DNA of 64,000 nt from Candidatus Omnitrophota bacterium (GCA_903908245.1 CAIVRE010000018.1:66876-130875); one strand, 5' to 3'; shown: positions 10,517 to 20,466, numbered from the stretch's first letter. The notes: a model not told the origin generated them from the letters alone. Numbers and translations are program-made.

Positions 10517-11304
10517 ACAGGATCGACCGGAAATTCAGCGAACTGCGGGCGAAAAACAAGAAAGCGTTCATTGCTTTTATGACAGCCGGCGATCCGTCGT
10601 TAGCGGCTACAGAGGCGCTGGTGCCTGCACTCGAGAGGGCCGGGGCGGATATCATTGAGCTGGGCGTCCCGTTCTCTGATCCGATGGCAGATGGCCGGAC
10701 GATCCAGGACGCGTCCTTTCGTTCGCTTGCGCGTGGCACGACTCCGGTAAAGATCCTTGAACTTGTCCGCCATGTGCGTAAGGTTACGGATGTTCCCATT
10801 GCGCTGATGACCTATTACAATCCTGTCTTTCGTTTTGGCGAAGCAAGATTTATGGCGGAGGCAAAGGCGGCCGGGGTGGACGGATTGATCATTCCGGACC
10901 TGCCGGTAGTTGAAGCGGGATGCCTGCGCAGAGCGGCGGCAGAGCATGACATGTCGGTGGTATTCTTTCTGGCGCCTACGACCACTCAAGGGCGTATGGC
11001 CGGGATATTGAAGGCCGCGAGCGGGTTTGTCTATTTTGTGTCAGTGGCAGGGGTGACGGGTGCCCGTGTATCGGTACCGAACGACCTTGCCCGTCAGGTT
11101 AAAATGGCCCGTTCGATGACCAGGGTCCCTGTATGTGTGGGGTTCGGGATCTCAACGCCTTCGCAGGTCAGGGATATCTCGTTGTTCGCGGATGGCGTGA
11201 TCGTCGGAAGTGCTATTGTCAAAGAGATCGAAAAGAACGCGGGAGCCAAAGACATGACGGTGCGTGTGGCGGCGTTCGTGAAAAAATTATCTTCAGTGCT
11301 TTAG
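10513..11304 (+). CDS. trpA: tryptophan synthase alpha chain
   Basis: FMTAGDPSL...[13 protein letters not shown]; overlaps the trpB stop. Confidence 0.9.
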   Translation: MNRIDRKFSELRAKNKKAFIAFMTAGDPSLAATEALVPALERAGADIIELGVPFSDPMADGRTIQDASFRSLARGTTPVKILELVRHVRKVTDVPIALMTYYNPVFRFGEARFMAEAKAAGVDGLIIPDLPVVEAGCLRRAAAEHDMSVVFFLAPTTTQGRMAGILKAASGFVYFVSVAGVTGARVSVPNDLARQVKMARSMTRVPVCVGFGISTPSQVRDISLFADGVIVGSAIVKEIEKNAGAKDMTVRVAAFVKKLSSVL

Positions 11305-11309
11305 TTCCT

Positions 11310-12575
11310 ATGTATAAAAAGTCCCTCATCGCGAACGACCTTCGCGTTATTTCCAATGAACTTAAAGGCCGTGAGAGCGTGGCCATCGGCATTTGGGCCG
11401 GTGTGGGCGGGCGTTTTGAAGACGCTTCCACCAAAGGCGCTGCGCATTTTCTCGAGCATATCCTTTTTCGCGGCAGCCTTAAGTATTCGTGCAATGATAT
11501 CAAGGGGTCTATTGAAGGCGTGGGCGGTACGCTTAACGCCTTTACGGGTGAAGAGCAGACCTGTTATTATGCCAAGGTCCCTACCAAGCATTTTCAGTCG
11601 ACGCTTGATATCCTTTCCGACATGGTTTTTTTCCCTTTGATCCAGAAAAACGATCTGGAGAGGGAGCGGTCGATCATCCTTGAAGAGATCAAGATGTACA
11701 AGGACCTGCCGCAGTACTATGTGCTTGAACTCCTCGACGGGCTTGTGTGGCCGGACCATCCCCTGGGGCAGAGCCTGGCCGGGACGGTTGATACGGTCGG
11801 AACGATGACGCAGGCCGGTCTGCGCAAATTCCATCGCCAGTATTACGCGCCGGACAATGTCGTTGTTTCCATCTGCGGGAACTTTGTCCATGATGAAGCT
11901 GTTGAGTTCCTGAGTGATAAGCTGGGGAACTTTCGCGCGCTGGAGCGTCCTGAAGCGCTCGCGTTCAAGGCCGCCCAGACAAAGCCGAGGGTAAAATTCC
12001 ATCGTAAGCAGACCGAGCAGATGCATGTGGCTCTTGGGTTCCCGTCATTATGTGCCGATCATCAGGATATCTACGCGTTGGCGATCCTCAATATCATCCT
12101 GGGAGGGAATATGTCGAGCCGCCTGTTCGATGAGGTTCGCGAGAAGCGCGGGCTGGCGTATTCCATTTACAGCAGCACGAAAAGTTATGATGATACCGGC
12201 CTCTTTATGGTGAAGGCCGGGGTGGATAACAAGAAATTGATCGAGGCGGTCGAATTGGTCATCAAAGTGCTGCGCCAGCTTAAACGCGGCAGTATTAAAG
12301 AGAAGGAGTTTGTCCGGGCCCGCGAGTATTTCCTGGGGCAGTTCGTGTTGGGGCTGGAAGACACAATGGAGCATATGATGTGGATCGGCGAATCAATGAT
12401 CGAGCGCGACCGCATCCGCACCCTTGGCGAGGTTGTTTACCGGGTGAATGCGCTTACGCCCGACGATATCCAGCGGGTGGCTGGAGACATCCTTAAAGAG
12501 CGCCGTATGAATCTGGCGGTGGTCGGGGCGCTGAAAGAAGACCAGGAAGCTTTATTGAGATCTCTCGTTGAATAA
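11310..12575 (+). CDS. M16-family zinc peptidase (pitrilysin/insulinase-like)
   Basis: HFLEHILF is the inverted-zincin HxxEH motif; ATG at 11310 (MYKKSLIA...) lies inside track ORF 11133. Confidence 0.8.
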   Translation: MYKKSLIANDLRVISNELKGRESVAIGIWAGVGGRFEDASTKGAAHFLEHILFRGSLKYSCNDIKGSIEGVGGTLNAFTGEEQTCYYAKVPTKHFQSTLDILSDMVFFPLIQKNDLERERSIILEEIKMYKDLPQYYVLELLDGLVWPDHPLGQSLAGTVDTVGTMTQAGLRKFHRQYYAPDNVVVSICGNFVHDEAVEFLSDKLGNFRALERPEALAFKAAQTKPRVKFHRKQTEQMHVALGFPSLCADHQDIYALAILNIILGGNMSSRLFDEVREKRGLAYSIYSSTKSYDDTGLFMVKAGVDNKKLIEAVELVIKVLRQLKRGSIKEKEFVRAREYFLGQFVLGLEDTMEHMMWIGESMIERDRIRTLGEVVYRVNALTPDDIQRVAGDILKERRMNLAVVGALKEDQEALLRSLVE

Positions 12576-12595
12576 AACTCTCTTGAGTTTTGGGA

Positions 12596-12624
12596 TTGAC
12601 ATTGCGGGAGAACTTGGCTAAACT
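12596..12624 (+). promoter_or_regulatory. sigma70-like promoter TTGACA-N17-TAAACT
   Basis: Consensus -35 with 17 nt spacing; it follows a short hairpin after the M16 gene. Confidence 0.45.
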
Positions 12625-12666
12625 CTACATAATAATTTTCGGAGAAAAATTTTTAAGGAGGATTTT

Positions 12667-12837
12667 ATGGAAAGTCTGTCATTCTATGATGTGAAATCCA
12701 AGAAGAAGTTCGATTCCACTGATTATAGGGTCCAGGAAAAAGGCGGCCGTTTTTTTGCGGTCGTTAAGTCTCTTGTCGGTACGCATGAATGCTGGCGCGT
12801 CCTGGGCAAGGATCAGGCGGCAAAGCTTAAGAAGTAA
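12667..12837 (+). CDS. small hypothetical protein (56 aa)
   Basis: Strong SD (TAAGGAGG) 7 nt before the ATG gives MESLSFYDVKSKKKFD...AAKLKK. It is not in the track, which only lists ORFs above 60 aa. Confidence 0.4.
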   Translation: MESLSFYDVKSKKKFDSTDYRVQEKGGRFFAVVKSLVGTHECWRVLGKDQAAKLKK

Positions 12838-12942
12838 TGTTGTGGAAAGGGTGTTGTCATCCGTAAAATATTATCATCTTTAGATGTAGCGAAGAAAGCT
12901 GCCGCGTTAGCGCTTGACAAGAAAGCAGAGAATGTCGTTGTT

Positions 12943-13272
12943 TTGGATATGACGGAAGTCGCGAACTTCTGTGATTATTTTGTGATCTGTTCGGGCACGA
13001 TATCCCGCCATGTCAAAGCCATCGCCGATGGTGTTGACGATGGCCTTCACGATATTGGCATCAAGGTCAAATTCAAGCAGGGATTGGACAGTATTTCGCG
13101 TTCCAGGGGCTTTGCCCTCGGGGCTCAGCCTGTGTCCCTGGCCGACCTTACCGGTGCCTGGGTCCTTTTGGATATGGGGGATGTTGTCGTGCATATCTTC
13201 GAAGGCGAATCGCGCGAATTCTTTGCTTTGGATCACCTCTGGTGTGAGGCCAGGCAGGTTGAGTGGAAATAA
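12943..13272 (+). CDS. rsfS: ribosome silencing factor RsfS (Iojap-like)
   Basis: DYFVICSGTISRHVKAIAD...VLLDMGDVVVHIF. The upstream in-frame codons already encode RsfS-like residues (KILSSLDVAKKAAALALDKKAENVVVLD) but there is no ATG/GTG/TTG, so the true start is uncertain. Confidence 0.7.
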   Translation: MDMTEVANFCDYFVICSGTISRHVKAIADGVDDGLHDIGIKVKFKQGLDSISRSRGFALGAQPVSLADLTGAWVLLDMGDVVVHIFEGESREFFALDHLWCEARQVEWK

Positions 13273-13275
13273 AAG

Positions 13276-14955
13276 ATGCTGCCGCAGTTAAAAGCAGAAC
13301 TCCAGTCATTGATCCGCTCTTCGGCGGAATGTCTCGGCGGTGTCCCGTCAACATTTTTCGTAATGCTTGAAGCACCTGCCTTGAAAGAGCATGGGGATCT
13401 TTCGTGTAATGTTGCGCTTCTTCTTGCTAAAACCCTCCGGTGTAATCCCGTCGAACTGGCTGAAAAGATCAAGGCGGATTTGCTGTCCCGCCTGTCCGCG
13501 GCGCCTGTCGGCCGAAAAGTCCATTCTGTCGATGTCGTAAGGCCCGGATTCCTGAATTTCCGTTTAACGTCCGAAGCTTATTGCGATGCCCTGGGGGATA
13601 TCCCCAGGTCGGGGGCCGGGTACGGCCGTACCGGTTTGGGTAAGGGCAAGCGAGTGTTGGTGGAATTTGTTTCAGCAAATCCGACGGGGCCTTTAACGGT
13701 GGCGCATGCCCGCCAGGCTGCGGTGGGGGATGTCCTTGTAAATATCCTTAATGCGACAGGGCATCACGCGGAGAGTGAGTTCTATGTGAATGACGGGGGG
13801 AATCAGATCCGCACACTGGGATTGTCCGTCCAGCTTCGCACCAAAGAACTGTTCGGTGAAAAGATCGTGTACCCCGAGGATTGTTATCAGGGGGATTATA
13901 TCAGGGACATGGCCGGGTTGTTCGCCCGCGAGCGCAAGATCGTTGATGTGAACGGTGCGGCCGCCGTTCCGTTTGAAGATTATTGTGTTTTTTCAAAAGA
14001 CTATCTGATGGATGTCATTCGCGAAGACCTTCGCCTTTTCCGTGTGAAGTTCGACAACTGGTCATTCGAGTCCCGGGTGGCCAGCCCCGAGAAGATAGCG
14101 GCGACTCTTGAGGAGTTGAAGTCAAAAGGCTTTATTTATGAAAAAGATGGGGCTCTTTGGTTCGCCTCGACACGTTTTGGGGACGACAAGGACCGCGTTG
14201 TAAAGAAGTCCGACGGATTTTACACCTACCTTGCCCCGGACATTGTTTATCACAAGAATAAATACGACCGCGGGTTCGACCTTCTGGTCGATATCCTTGG
14301 GCCCGATCATCATGGTTATATTCCGCGTATTAAAGCTGCGGCGCAGGCTCTGGGAAAAGATGTTACCGCTCTTGAAGGCCTTATTATCCAGCTGGCTACG
14401 ATCTTCCGTGACGGCAAGCAGCTGAGAATGTCCACGCGCGCCGGTGAGTTCATCAGCCTGCGCGAAGTTGTAACGGAAGTGGGGACGGATGCGGGGCGTT
14501 ATTTTATGCTCATGCGCCAGGTGAGCCAGCAGCTGGAGTTCGACATGGACCTTGCCAAGAAGCAGGCGCCGGAGAATCCGGTGTTTTATATTCAATATGC
14601 CCATGCGCGGATCTGCAGTATTTTAAGAAAAGCCAGGGATGAGGCTTCGCTTTTACCTGCATCGGCCGATACCCGGTTCTTTCGCCTTAAAGAAGAGGCC
14701 GAGATAGACCTTATCAGGAAAATGATCCAGTTCCCGGATATCCTTGATCTTTGCGCCCAGCAGCTTGATCCTGCGGCATTGCCGCGGTATCTGCAGGAGC
14801 TGGCGGGTGTTTTTCACAAATTTTACGATAAATGCCGGGTGATCGATGAAGATAAAGGGCTGTCTGCCGAGCGTTTGGCCCTTGTTGATGCCGTGCGCAT
14901 TGTTCTGTCCAACGGCTTGACGGTCCTCGGGATCACCGCCCCAGAGAAAATGTAA
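13276..14955 (+). CDS. argS: arginine--tRNA ligase
   Basis: FVSANPTGPLTVAHAR is the class I HIGH-like motif; 559 aa. Confidence 0.9.
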   Translation: MLPQLKAELQSLIRSSAECLGGVPSTFFVMLEAPALKEHGDLSCNVALLLAKTLRCNPVELAEKIKADLLSRLSAAPVGRKVHSVDVVRPGFLNFRLTSEAYCDALGDIPRSGAGYGRTGLGKGKRVLVEFVSANPTGPLTVAHARQAAVGDVLVNILNATGHHAESEFYVNDGGNQIRTLGLSVQLRTKELFGEKIVYPEDCYQGDYIRDMAGLFARERKIVDVNGAAAVPFEDYCVFSKDYLMDVIREDLRLFRVKFDNWSFESRVASPEKIAATLEELKSKGFIYEKDGALWFASTRFGDDKDRVVKKSDGFYTYLAPDIVYHKNKYDRGFDLLVDILGPDHHGYIPRIKAAAQALGKDVTALEGLIIQLATIFRDGKQLRMSTRAGEFISLREVVTEVGTDAGRYFMLMRQVSQQLEFDMDLAKKQAPENPVFYIQYAHARICSILRKARDEASLLPASADTRFFRLKEEAEIDLIRKMIQFPDILDLCAQQLDPAALPRYLQELAGVFHKFYDKCRVIDEDKGLSAERLALVDAVRIVLSNGLTVLGITAPEKM

Positions 14956-16641
14956 ATGCCCAAGAAATGGCGTCTTAAAAAGCCGGACCCGGATCGCCAG
15001 GCTTTTCTTGTCAAAGAGCTCCATGTCCATCCTGTCGTTGCGCAGTTACTGATCAATCGAAATGTTATTGACCCTGTTGAAGCCAAGGCGTTTCTTTTCC
15101 CGGAGCTTGGGCAGCTTTTAGATCCTTTTTTATTAAAAGACATGGGCCTGGCGGTTGAGCGGCTGCGCCTGGCGCGCGAGAGGGGCGAGAATGTCCTGGT
15201 CTACGGTGATTATGATGTCGACGGAGTAACAGCAACCGCTGTTACTTACCGGATGCTGCGCCGTCTTGGGATCCGTTCGCGGACGTATATCCCTCATCGC
15301 ATGGAAGAGGGGTACGGGCTTAATGCGGACATTATTTCATTGGCAAAAGCGGAGGCGATCTCCCTGATCATTACGGTCGATTGCGGGATCACGGCTTTTG
15401 ATGAGGCGGATGCGCTTAGCCGTGAGGGGATCGACCTTATTATCCTTGATCATCATGAGCCGGAAGGTGGGCGTATCCCTCGTGCGGTGGCGGTTGTTGA
15501 TCCCAAACGTCCGGATTGCGGGTATCGATGCCCCCAGCTTGCCGGCGTCGGGGTGGCGGCGAAGTTCGTCCAGGCGGTCACTGGGGTATTTCCTATGGAA
15601 GACCTCGATATCATTACACTTGGAACGGTTGCGGATGTGGTGGCGCTGACGGGAGAGAACCGGATCTTTGTGCGTGCCGGATTACCTCTGTTGACCGCAA
15701 CGACCAAACCCGGGTTGCGGGCATTGATCGATGTGGCCCGTTTGACGGGAAAAGAGATGACACCGTTCTCGGTCGGTTTCGGCCTTGGCCCACGCCTGAA
15801 TGCTGCCGGGCGTATGGGGTCGGCCAATATTTCGCTGGACCTTCTGCTTTCAGATGATCCCGGGAATGCCATGGCTCTCGCGCAGTCGCTGGAATCGCTT
15901 AATCGTGAGCGCCAGAGTTTGCAGGCGGAAGTGGTCGAAGAGGCGATGGAGATCATTAATAACGATATGTCTTATGCGGATGAATCGGTCATTGTTGTTT
16001 ACAAGGAAGGCTGGCATAAGGGCGTTCTCGGGATCGCGGCGTCAAAGATAACGGACAAGTTCGGCCGGCCATCGGTGGTGATCTCGGTCCAGGACGGGCT
16101 TGGGGTCGGTTCGGCCAGATCGGTCCCGGGGTTCTTTCTGAATGACGCTTTCGCGCATTGCGCGGCCCTTCTGGAAAGTTTTGGCGGGCATCAGCGTGCG
16201 GCGGGGCTGAAACTTCGCCTGGATCGGATAGCTGATTTTCGTTTAAAAGTAAATTTGTTCGCTCGGGATGTCAGTGCGGTCAAAGATCTTACGCCGGTGC
16301 TGGATATAGACGCTGAAATGGCGCTGCCGCAGGTGACAATGGATATTGTCAGGACAGTCGAGGCATTGGCGCCATATGGGGAAGGAAATCCGGTGCCGGT
16401 TTTTGCCACCCGCCGGTTGATGGTCAAAAGCCGCCCGCAAGTGATGGGAAAAGATACGATCAAGTTTTGGGTGACCGACGGACGCGGTTCATTCTCGGTG
16501 GTCGGTTTCGGGATGGGGAGCGACTGTTCGGAATTGAGGATGGGCCATGCGGTCGATATTGCTTATACGCTGGGTATTGATGATTGGAACAAAGCCCCGC
16601 AAGTGCAGTTGATGCTCAAAGATATCCGCCCTGCCAAATAA
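14956..16641 (+). CDS. recJ: single-stranded-DNA-specific exonuclease RecJ
   Basis: DHH family motifs (VYGDYDVDGVT, ILDHHEP); 561 aa. Confidence 0.9.
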   Translation: MPKKWRLKKPDPDRQAFLVKELHVHPVVAQLLINRNVIDPVEAKAFLFPELGQLLDPFLLKDMGLAVERLRLARERGENVLVYGDYDVDGVTATAVTYRMLRRLGIRSRTYIPHRMEEGYGLNADIISLAKAEAISLIITVDCGITAFDEADALSREGIDLIILDHHEPEGGRIPRAVAVVDPKRPDCGYRCPQLAGVGVAAKFVQAVTGVFPMEDLDIITLGTVADVVALTGENRIFVRAGLPLLTATTKPGLRALIDVARLTGKEMTPFSVGFGLGPRLNAAGRMGSANISLDLLLSDDPGNAMALAQSLESLNRERQSLQAEVVEEAMEIINNDMSYADESVIVVYKEGWHKGVLGIAASKITDKFGRPSVVISVQDGLGVGSARSVPGFFLNDAFAHCAALLESFGGHQRAAGLKLRLDRIADFRLKVNLFARDVSAVKDLTPVLDIDAEMALPQVTMDIVRTVEALAPYGEGNPVPVFATRRLMVKSRPQVMGKDTIKFWVTDGRGSFSVVGFGMGSDCSELRMGHAVDIAYTLGIDDWNKAPQVQLMLKDIRPAK

Positions 16642-16642
16642 A

Positions 16643-16672
16643 AAACCCTCGACATAAGCCGAGGGTTTCTTA
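16643..16672. terminator. bidirectional intrinsic terminator (AAACCCTCG-N8-CGAGGGTTT)
   Basis: Perfect 9-bp stem flanked by A and T runs, between recJ (+) and rpmB (-). Confidence 0.6.
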
Positions 16673-16693
16673 AAAAATCGTGCAATAAAAAGA

Positions 16694-16978
16694 TTATGCT
16701 TTAGCCGCGACTTTGGCCGCAGCCGCCGCGCGATGATAAGAGGCCTTGCCTGCCTTCTTGATCTTGCCTGCCTGGATCATCCGGGTCGAGACCCAAACAC
16801 GCTTGACCGTGCCTTTTTCGTCAATGATCTTGACGCGCTGAAGGTTCGGCTTGATGACGCGCAGAGTTTTACCGACGATCTTGGAACCGGCGCCGCCTTT
16901 ACGGCGGATCATACCGCGTCTTTTATATTTACGCCCTGAAGTGGGGTGGGCTCCCGATATCACGCATACTTTTGCCAT
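16694..16978 (-). CDS. rpmB: 50S ribosomal protein L28
   Basis: MAKVCVISGAHPTSGRKYKRRG...; about 94 aa, basic. Confidence 0.8.
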   Translation of the reverse strand: MAKVCVISGAHPTSGRKYKRRGMIRRKGGAGSKIVGKTLRVIKPNLQRVKIIDEKGTVKRVWVSTRMIQAGKIKKAGKASYHRAAAAAKVAAKA

Positions 16979-17095
16979 ATTTAAAGTCCTTTATAATGTA
17001 GTTAAACCCAAAGAGTAATAGATTTTAATGGATACCGTCCGGGTGTCAAGGGGAATTTTATTGTAACGTTGCTATGTTGCAAAGCGGAATTCTTA

Positions 17096-17193
17096 CGGGC
17101 TTCAGCATTCAACCCAATGCTGGGAAGCCTCGTCCTTATCTCATAAAGTGGAAGGCCGAGTCTTCATTCGCATTGGGTTGAATGCTTCCGCCC
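17096..17193 (+). repeat. ~98 nt structured intergenic repeat, copy 2 of 2
   Basis: See copy 1. Here the outer 16-bp stem is perfect (GCATTCAACCCAATGC / GCATTGGGTTGAATGC), with base changes compensatory relative to copy 1. Confidence 0.7.
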
Positions 17194-17298
17194 TGTAAGT
17201 TCCATACTTGATAAAGGCAGAAATGAGACGGTTGAAAAAGAAATGCCGGGTGTTACAATGAACGGTATTTTAATAGCAAATGACAATGAAAGGCTTAT

Positions 17299-19026
17299 AT
17301 GGGAAAAAGCGTTTTTGATCAGTTGCCTGCTGCTTATCCGCGGCGGTTCGTTCCCGCAACGGCGGATCTGACGAATAAAGATATCGTGGTTGGATTGCTC
17401 AAAAGTCTTTTGTCGCGGGAGATCGTGTCGAAAGAAAGCTTTGAACAATGGATACTGGACAATTCTGAATTTGGCGCCGCTTTAAGCCAGGCGGGGAGTG
17501 TTTTGTATATTGCAATGACTTGTGCCACGGATGATCCTTTAAAGGCTGCTGCGTACCAGGCTTTTGTCGAGAATGTCGAGCCGGCGGTCAAGCCTTTGGG
17601 TGACGAGCTCAATAAGAAATTCCTGGTGTTGGCGGAAAAGTTCCCTCTTGATCAGAGGCGTTATGAAGTCGCTTTGCGCGCGGCCAAAGCGGATGTGGCG
17701 CTATTCGTGGATAAGAATGTTCCTCTTCAGACCGAGGTGGCATTACTTTCCCAGGAGTATCAGGCCGTTTCCGGCGCAATGATGGTTGACTTTGAAGGTA
17801 AGGAGAGGACATTACCTGAGATGGCCAAGTATTTATTGATGACCGATCGGGATTTGCGTGAGCGGGCCTGGAGGGCAACGGCCGCCCGCCGTCTGCAGGA
17901 TAAGGATAAGTTTGAAGGCATTTTTGACAAAATGCGTGTCTTGCGTCAGTCGATCGCCGCTAATGCCGGGTGTGCGAATTTTCGTGATTACATGTTCAAG
18001 GCGTACCATCGTTTTGATTATACACCGGATGATTGCAAGGCTTATCAGCATGCGGTGAAAGATGTGGTTGTTCCGCTCCGGCGGGAGATCGATCTGCACC
18101 GTCAGAAAGACATGGGGATTGATCGTTTAAAACCCTGGGACGGGGCTGTTGATCCCCTGGGGCGTGAGCCGCTGGAGCCGTTCAAAGAGGCGGGGCAGTT
18201 GATCGATGGGGTTGAGCGTGTTTTTAGCCGTCTTGACAGCGACTTTGCCGGGCTTTATCGGGATATGAAGGGGTTGGGGCTTTTGGACCTTCAGAGCCGC
18301 AAGGGTAAGGCTCCCGGCGGTTATCAAAATACGCTTAATGAGGCCCGCAAGCCGTTTATTTTTATGAACGCTGTCGGGGTTGATGATGACATCCGTACGC
18401 TTCTTCATGAGTCTGGCCATGCGTTTCATGCGTATCTTTCCGCGCATGATCCTTTGGTGGAATACCGGCATGCCCCGATGGAATTCTGTGAAGTGGCGTC
18501 CATGTCCATGGAGCTGATGGCGGATGAATTCCTGGGAGAATTCTATCCGCCCCGGGAAGCGAAACGTTCGTCTGTCGAATTGCTGGAAGGGATCGTTTCA
18601 ACGCTGGCCTGGGTGGCGACCATAGACGCGTTTCAGCACTGGATCTACGAGAATCCCGGGCATTCGCCTCAGAGCCGCCGGGAAGCCTGGGTGCGGTTCA
18701 ACACGGAATTCGGCGGCGGGGTTGTGGACTGGTCGGGCCTGGATGAAGAGAGGGCGTATTTTTGGCACCGGCAGTTGCATATCTTTGAAGTGCCGTTTTA
18801 TTATATTGAATACGGGATAGCACAGCTGGGGGCGCTGCAGATATGGTCCCTTTTCAAGGATTCCCCCGGGGATGCGGTGGCTTTTTACAAGAAGGGTTTA
18901 TCTCTGGGCGGATCGCGCCCTTTGCCCGAGCTCTTCAAGGCGGCGGGGATCAAGTTCGATTTCTCGAAAGACATGATCGCTCCATTGATCAACAAGGTAT
19001 ATCGGCAGTGGAAGGAGAGGTTATGA
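17299..19026 (+). CDS. pepF: M3-family oligoendopeptidase F
   Basis: HESGHAFH is the HExxH motif; 575 aa. Confidence 0.85.
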   Translation: MGKSVFDQLPAAYPRRFVPATADLTNKDIVVGLLKSLLSREIVSKESFEQWILDNSEFGAALSQAGSVLYIAMTCATDDPLKAAAYQAFVENVEPAVKPLGDELNKKFLVLAEKFPLDQRRYEVALRAAKADVALFVDKNVPLQTEVALLSQEYQAVSGAMMVDFEGKERTLPEMAKYLLMTDRDLRERAWRATAARRLQDKDKFEGIFDKMRVLRQSIAANAGCANFRDYMFKAYHRFDYTPDDCKAYQHAVKDVVVPLRREIDLHRQKDMGIDRLKPWDGAVDPLGREPLEPFKEAGQLIDGVERVFSRLDSDFAGLYRDMKGLGLLDLQSRKGKAPGGYQNTLNEARKPFIFMNAVGVDDDIRTLLHESGHAFHAYLSAHDPLVEYRHAPMEFCEVASMSMELMADEFLGEFYPPREAKRSSVELLEGIVSTLAWVATIDAFQHWIYENPGHSPQSRREAWVRFNTEFGGGVVDWSGLDEERAYFWHRQLHIFEVPFYYIEYGIAQLGALQIWSLFKDSPGDAVAFYKKGLSLGGSRPLPELFKAAGIKFDFSKDMIAPLINKVYRQWKERL

Positions 19027-19568
19027 AGGCCACAAGGGGCAAGAAGGGAGAGGTCATTCGTTCCGGAAAATTCCTGCGACTGGTGATCAGGGATGGCTGG
19101 GAGTATGTTGAGCGGGTCAATTGCGCGGGGGCTGTCATTATTGTTGCCAAGACGGATGATGACAAGCTTATCCTTGTTGAGCAGTTCCGTCGGCCGGTAC
19201 AGAAGTTCACGATCGGGTTCCCTGCGGGGTTGGTCGGGGATGACCGCGGCCAGCACGGCGAGAGCGTTATCAGCGCGGCCCGGCGTGAGATGATCGAGGA
19301 GACGGGGTATTGCCCGTCCAGGCTAAGGGTATTGTTCACCGGGCCGGTATCTGCCGGGATGTGTTGCGATATTGTTACTATTGTTCATGCGTCAGGGTTG
19401 AAGAAAGTCGGGGCGGGCGGCGGTATTGATGACCATGAGAATATCCAGGTCCATGAGGTCCCGCTGAAGAGCATTGATCTCTGGTTGAAGCGGAAGGCCA
19501 GGAGCGGCCGCCTGGTGGGGCCGAATATTTTTGCCGGGTTGTATTTTCTGGAGCATTGGGTCAGGTGA
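19023..19568 (+). CDS. NUDIX hydrolase (ADP-ribose pyrophosphatase-like)
   Basis: Nudix box GFPAGLVGDDRGQHGESVISAARREMIEETG; ATG at 19023 overlaps the pepF stop. Confidence 0.8.
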   Translation: MKATRGKKGEVIRSGKFLRLVIRDGWEYVERVNCAGAVIIVAKTDDDKLILVEQFRRPVQKFTIGFPAGLVGDDRGQHGESVISAARREMIEETGYCPSRLRVLFTGPVSAGMCCDIVTIVHASGLKKVGAGGGIDDHENIQVHEVPLKSIDLWLKRKARSGRLVGPNIFAGLYFLEHWVR

Positions 19569-20089
19569 TCCGTAAACTTTCTCATGAAGAGATCGTTGCC
19601 GATCAGGTGGCTAACAGCCGTGAGCCGCGGGTGCCTTTGGTCGTTGTGCTCGATAATATTCGAAGCCTTTTGAATGTCGGGGCTATTTTTCGGGCTGCGG
19701 ACGGGGTCGGGGTCGAGAAAATATTCCTGTGCGGGATCACCGGTTATCCTCCGCAGGTGGGTATTGCCAAGACGGCTTTGGGTGCCGAGGAGAGTGTTCC
19801 TTGGGAGTATCGTAAAGATGCGGTTGCGGTTGTTAAGTCGTTGAAAAGTAAAGGTTATATGATCCTGGCACTTGAGCAGGCCAGGGGAGCTGTTGCTTAT
19901 GAAAAGTTTGCAGCCAAGTCGCCTGTTTGTTTGGTAGTCGGCAATGAGGTGGAGGGGGTATCCGAAGCATTGATGGCGTGTTGTGACAGTGCCATTGAGA
20001 TCAAGATGCTTGGTATTAAGAATTCATTGAACGTCGCGGTCGCTTTTGGGGTAGCCGCCTTTGCTCTTCGTAAAACTATTCAGGTGTAA
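19556..20089 (+). CDS. SpoU/TrmH-family RNA 2'-O-methyltransferase
   Basis: LVVGNEVEGVS...AVAFGVAAF, SPOUT class. The start is TTG 19556 or GTG 19565. Confidence 0.7.
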   Translation: MGQVIRKLSHEEIVADQVANSREPRVPLVVVLDNIRSLLNVGAIFRAADGVGVEKIFLCGITGYPPQVGIAKTALGAEESVPWEYRKDAVAVVKSLKSKGYMILALEQARGAVAYEKFAAKSPVCLVVGNEVEGVSEALMACCDSAIEIKMLGIKNSLNVAVAFGVAAFALRKTIQV

Positions 20090-20127
20090 CTGCTTTTTCT
20101 TCATGTGGTTGCGGTATCATAATTTTC

Positions 20128-20156
20128 TTGACAGAATTCGGGCGGCTCGATACAAT
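20128..20156 (+). promoter_or_regulatory. sigma70-like promoter TTGACA-N17-TACAAT
   Basis: Near-consensus hexamers read directly. Confidence 0.45.
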
Positions 20157-20194
20157 ACCCCTCATTCATCAACAAAAAAAGAAAGGACTGCCCC

Positions 20195-20410
20195 GTGAAA
20201 TTAGACCGCGAGAAATTGCTTCAAGTTAAAGAGGTTGTGGAAGAGATCAACCGCCATAAGTGGCTCCAGAGCGAAATGGTCGGTTATGACGTTGGTTTTG
20301 AGAAGGCGGCCGATACCTGGTTTGAGCAGTATGCATCTGCCTGGGTGGCGTATCATTTGCCGAAGTTCGGAAAAGAGCCGGTCAAGATCTTTAATGCAAA
20401 GAAGAAGTGA
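20195..20410 (+). CDS. hypothetical protein (71 aa)
   Basis: ORF placed right after the promoter; no recognisable domain. Confidence 0.35.
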   Translation: MKLDREKLLQVKEVVEEINRHKWLQSEMVGYDVGFEKAADTWFEQYASAWVAYHLPKFGKEPVKIFNAKKK

Positions 20411-20466
20411 CTGTCCGCGTTTGAGTCGCGGTTTTTCAACCACCGATAAACTAGTGATGGTTTTTC

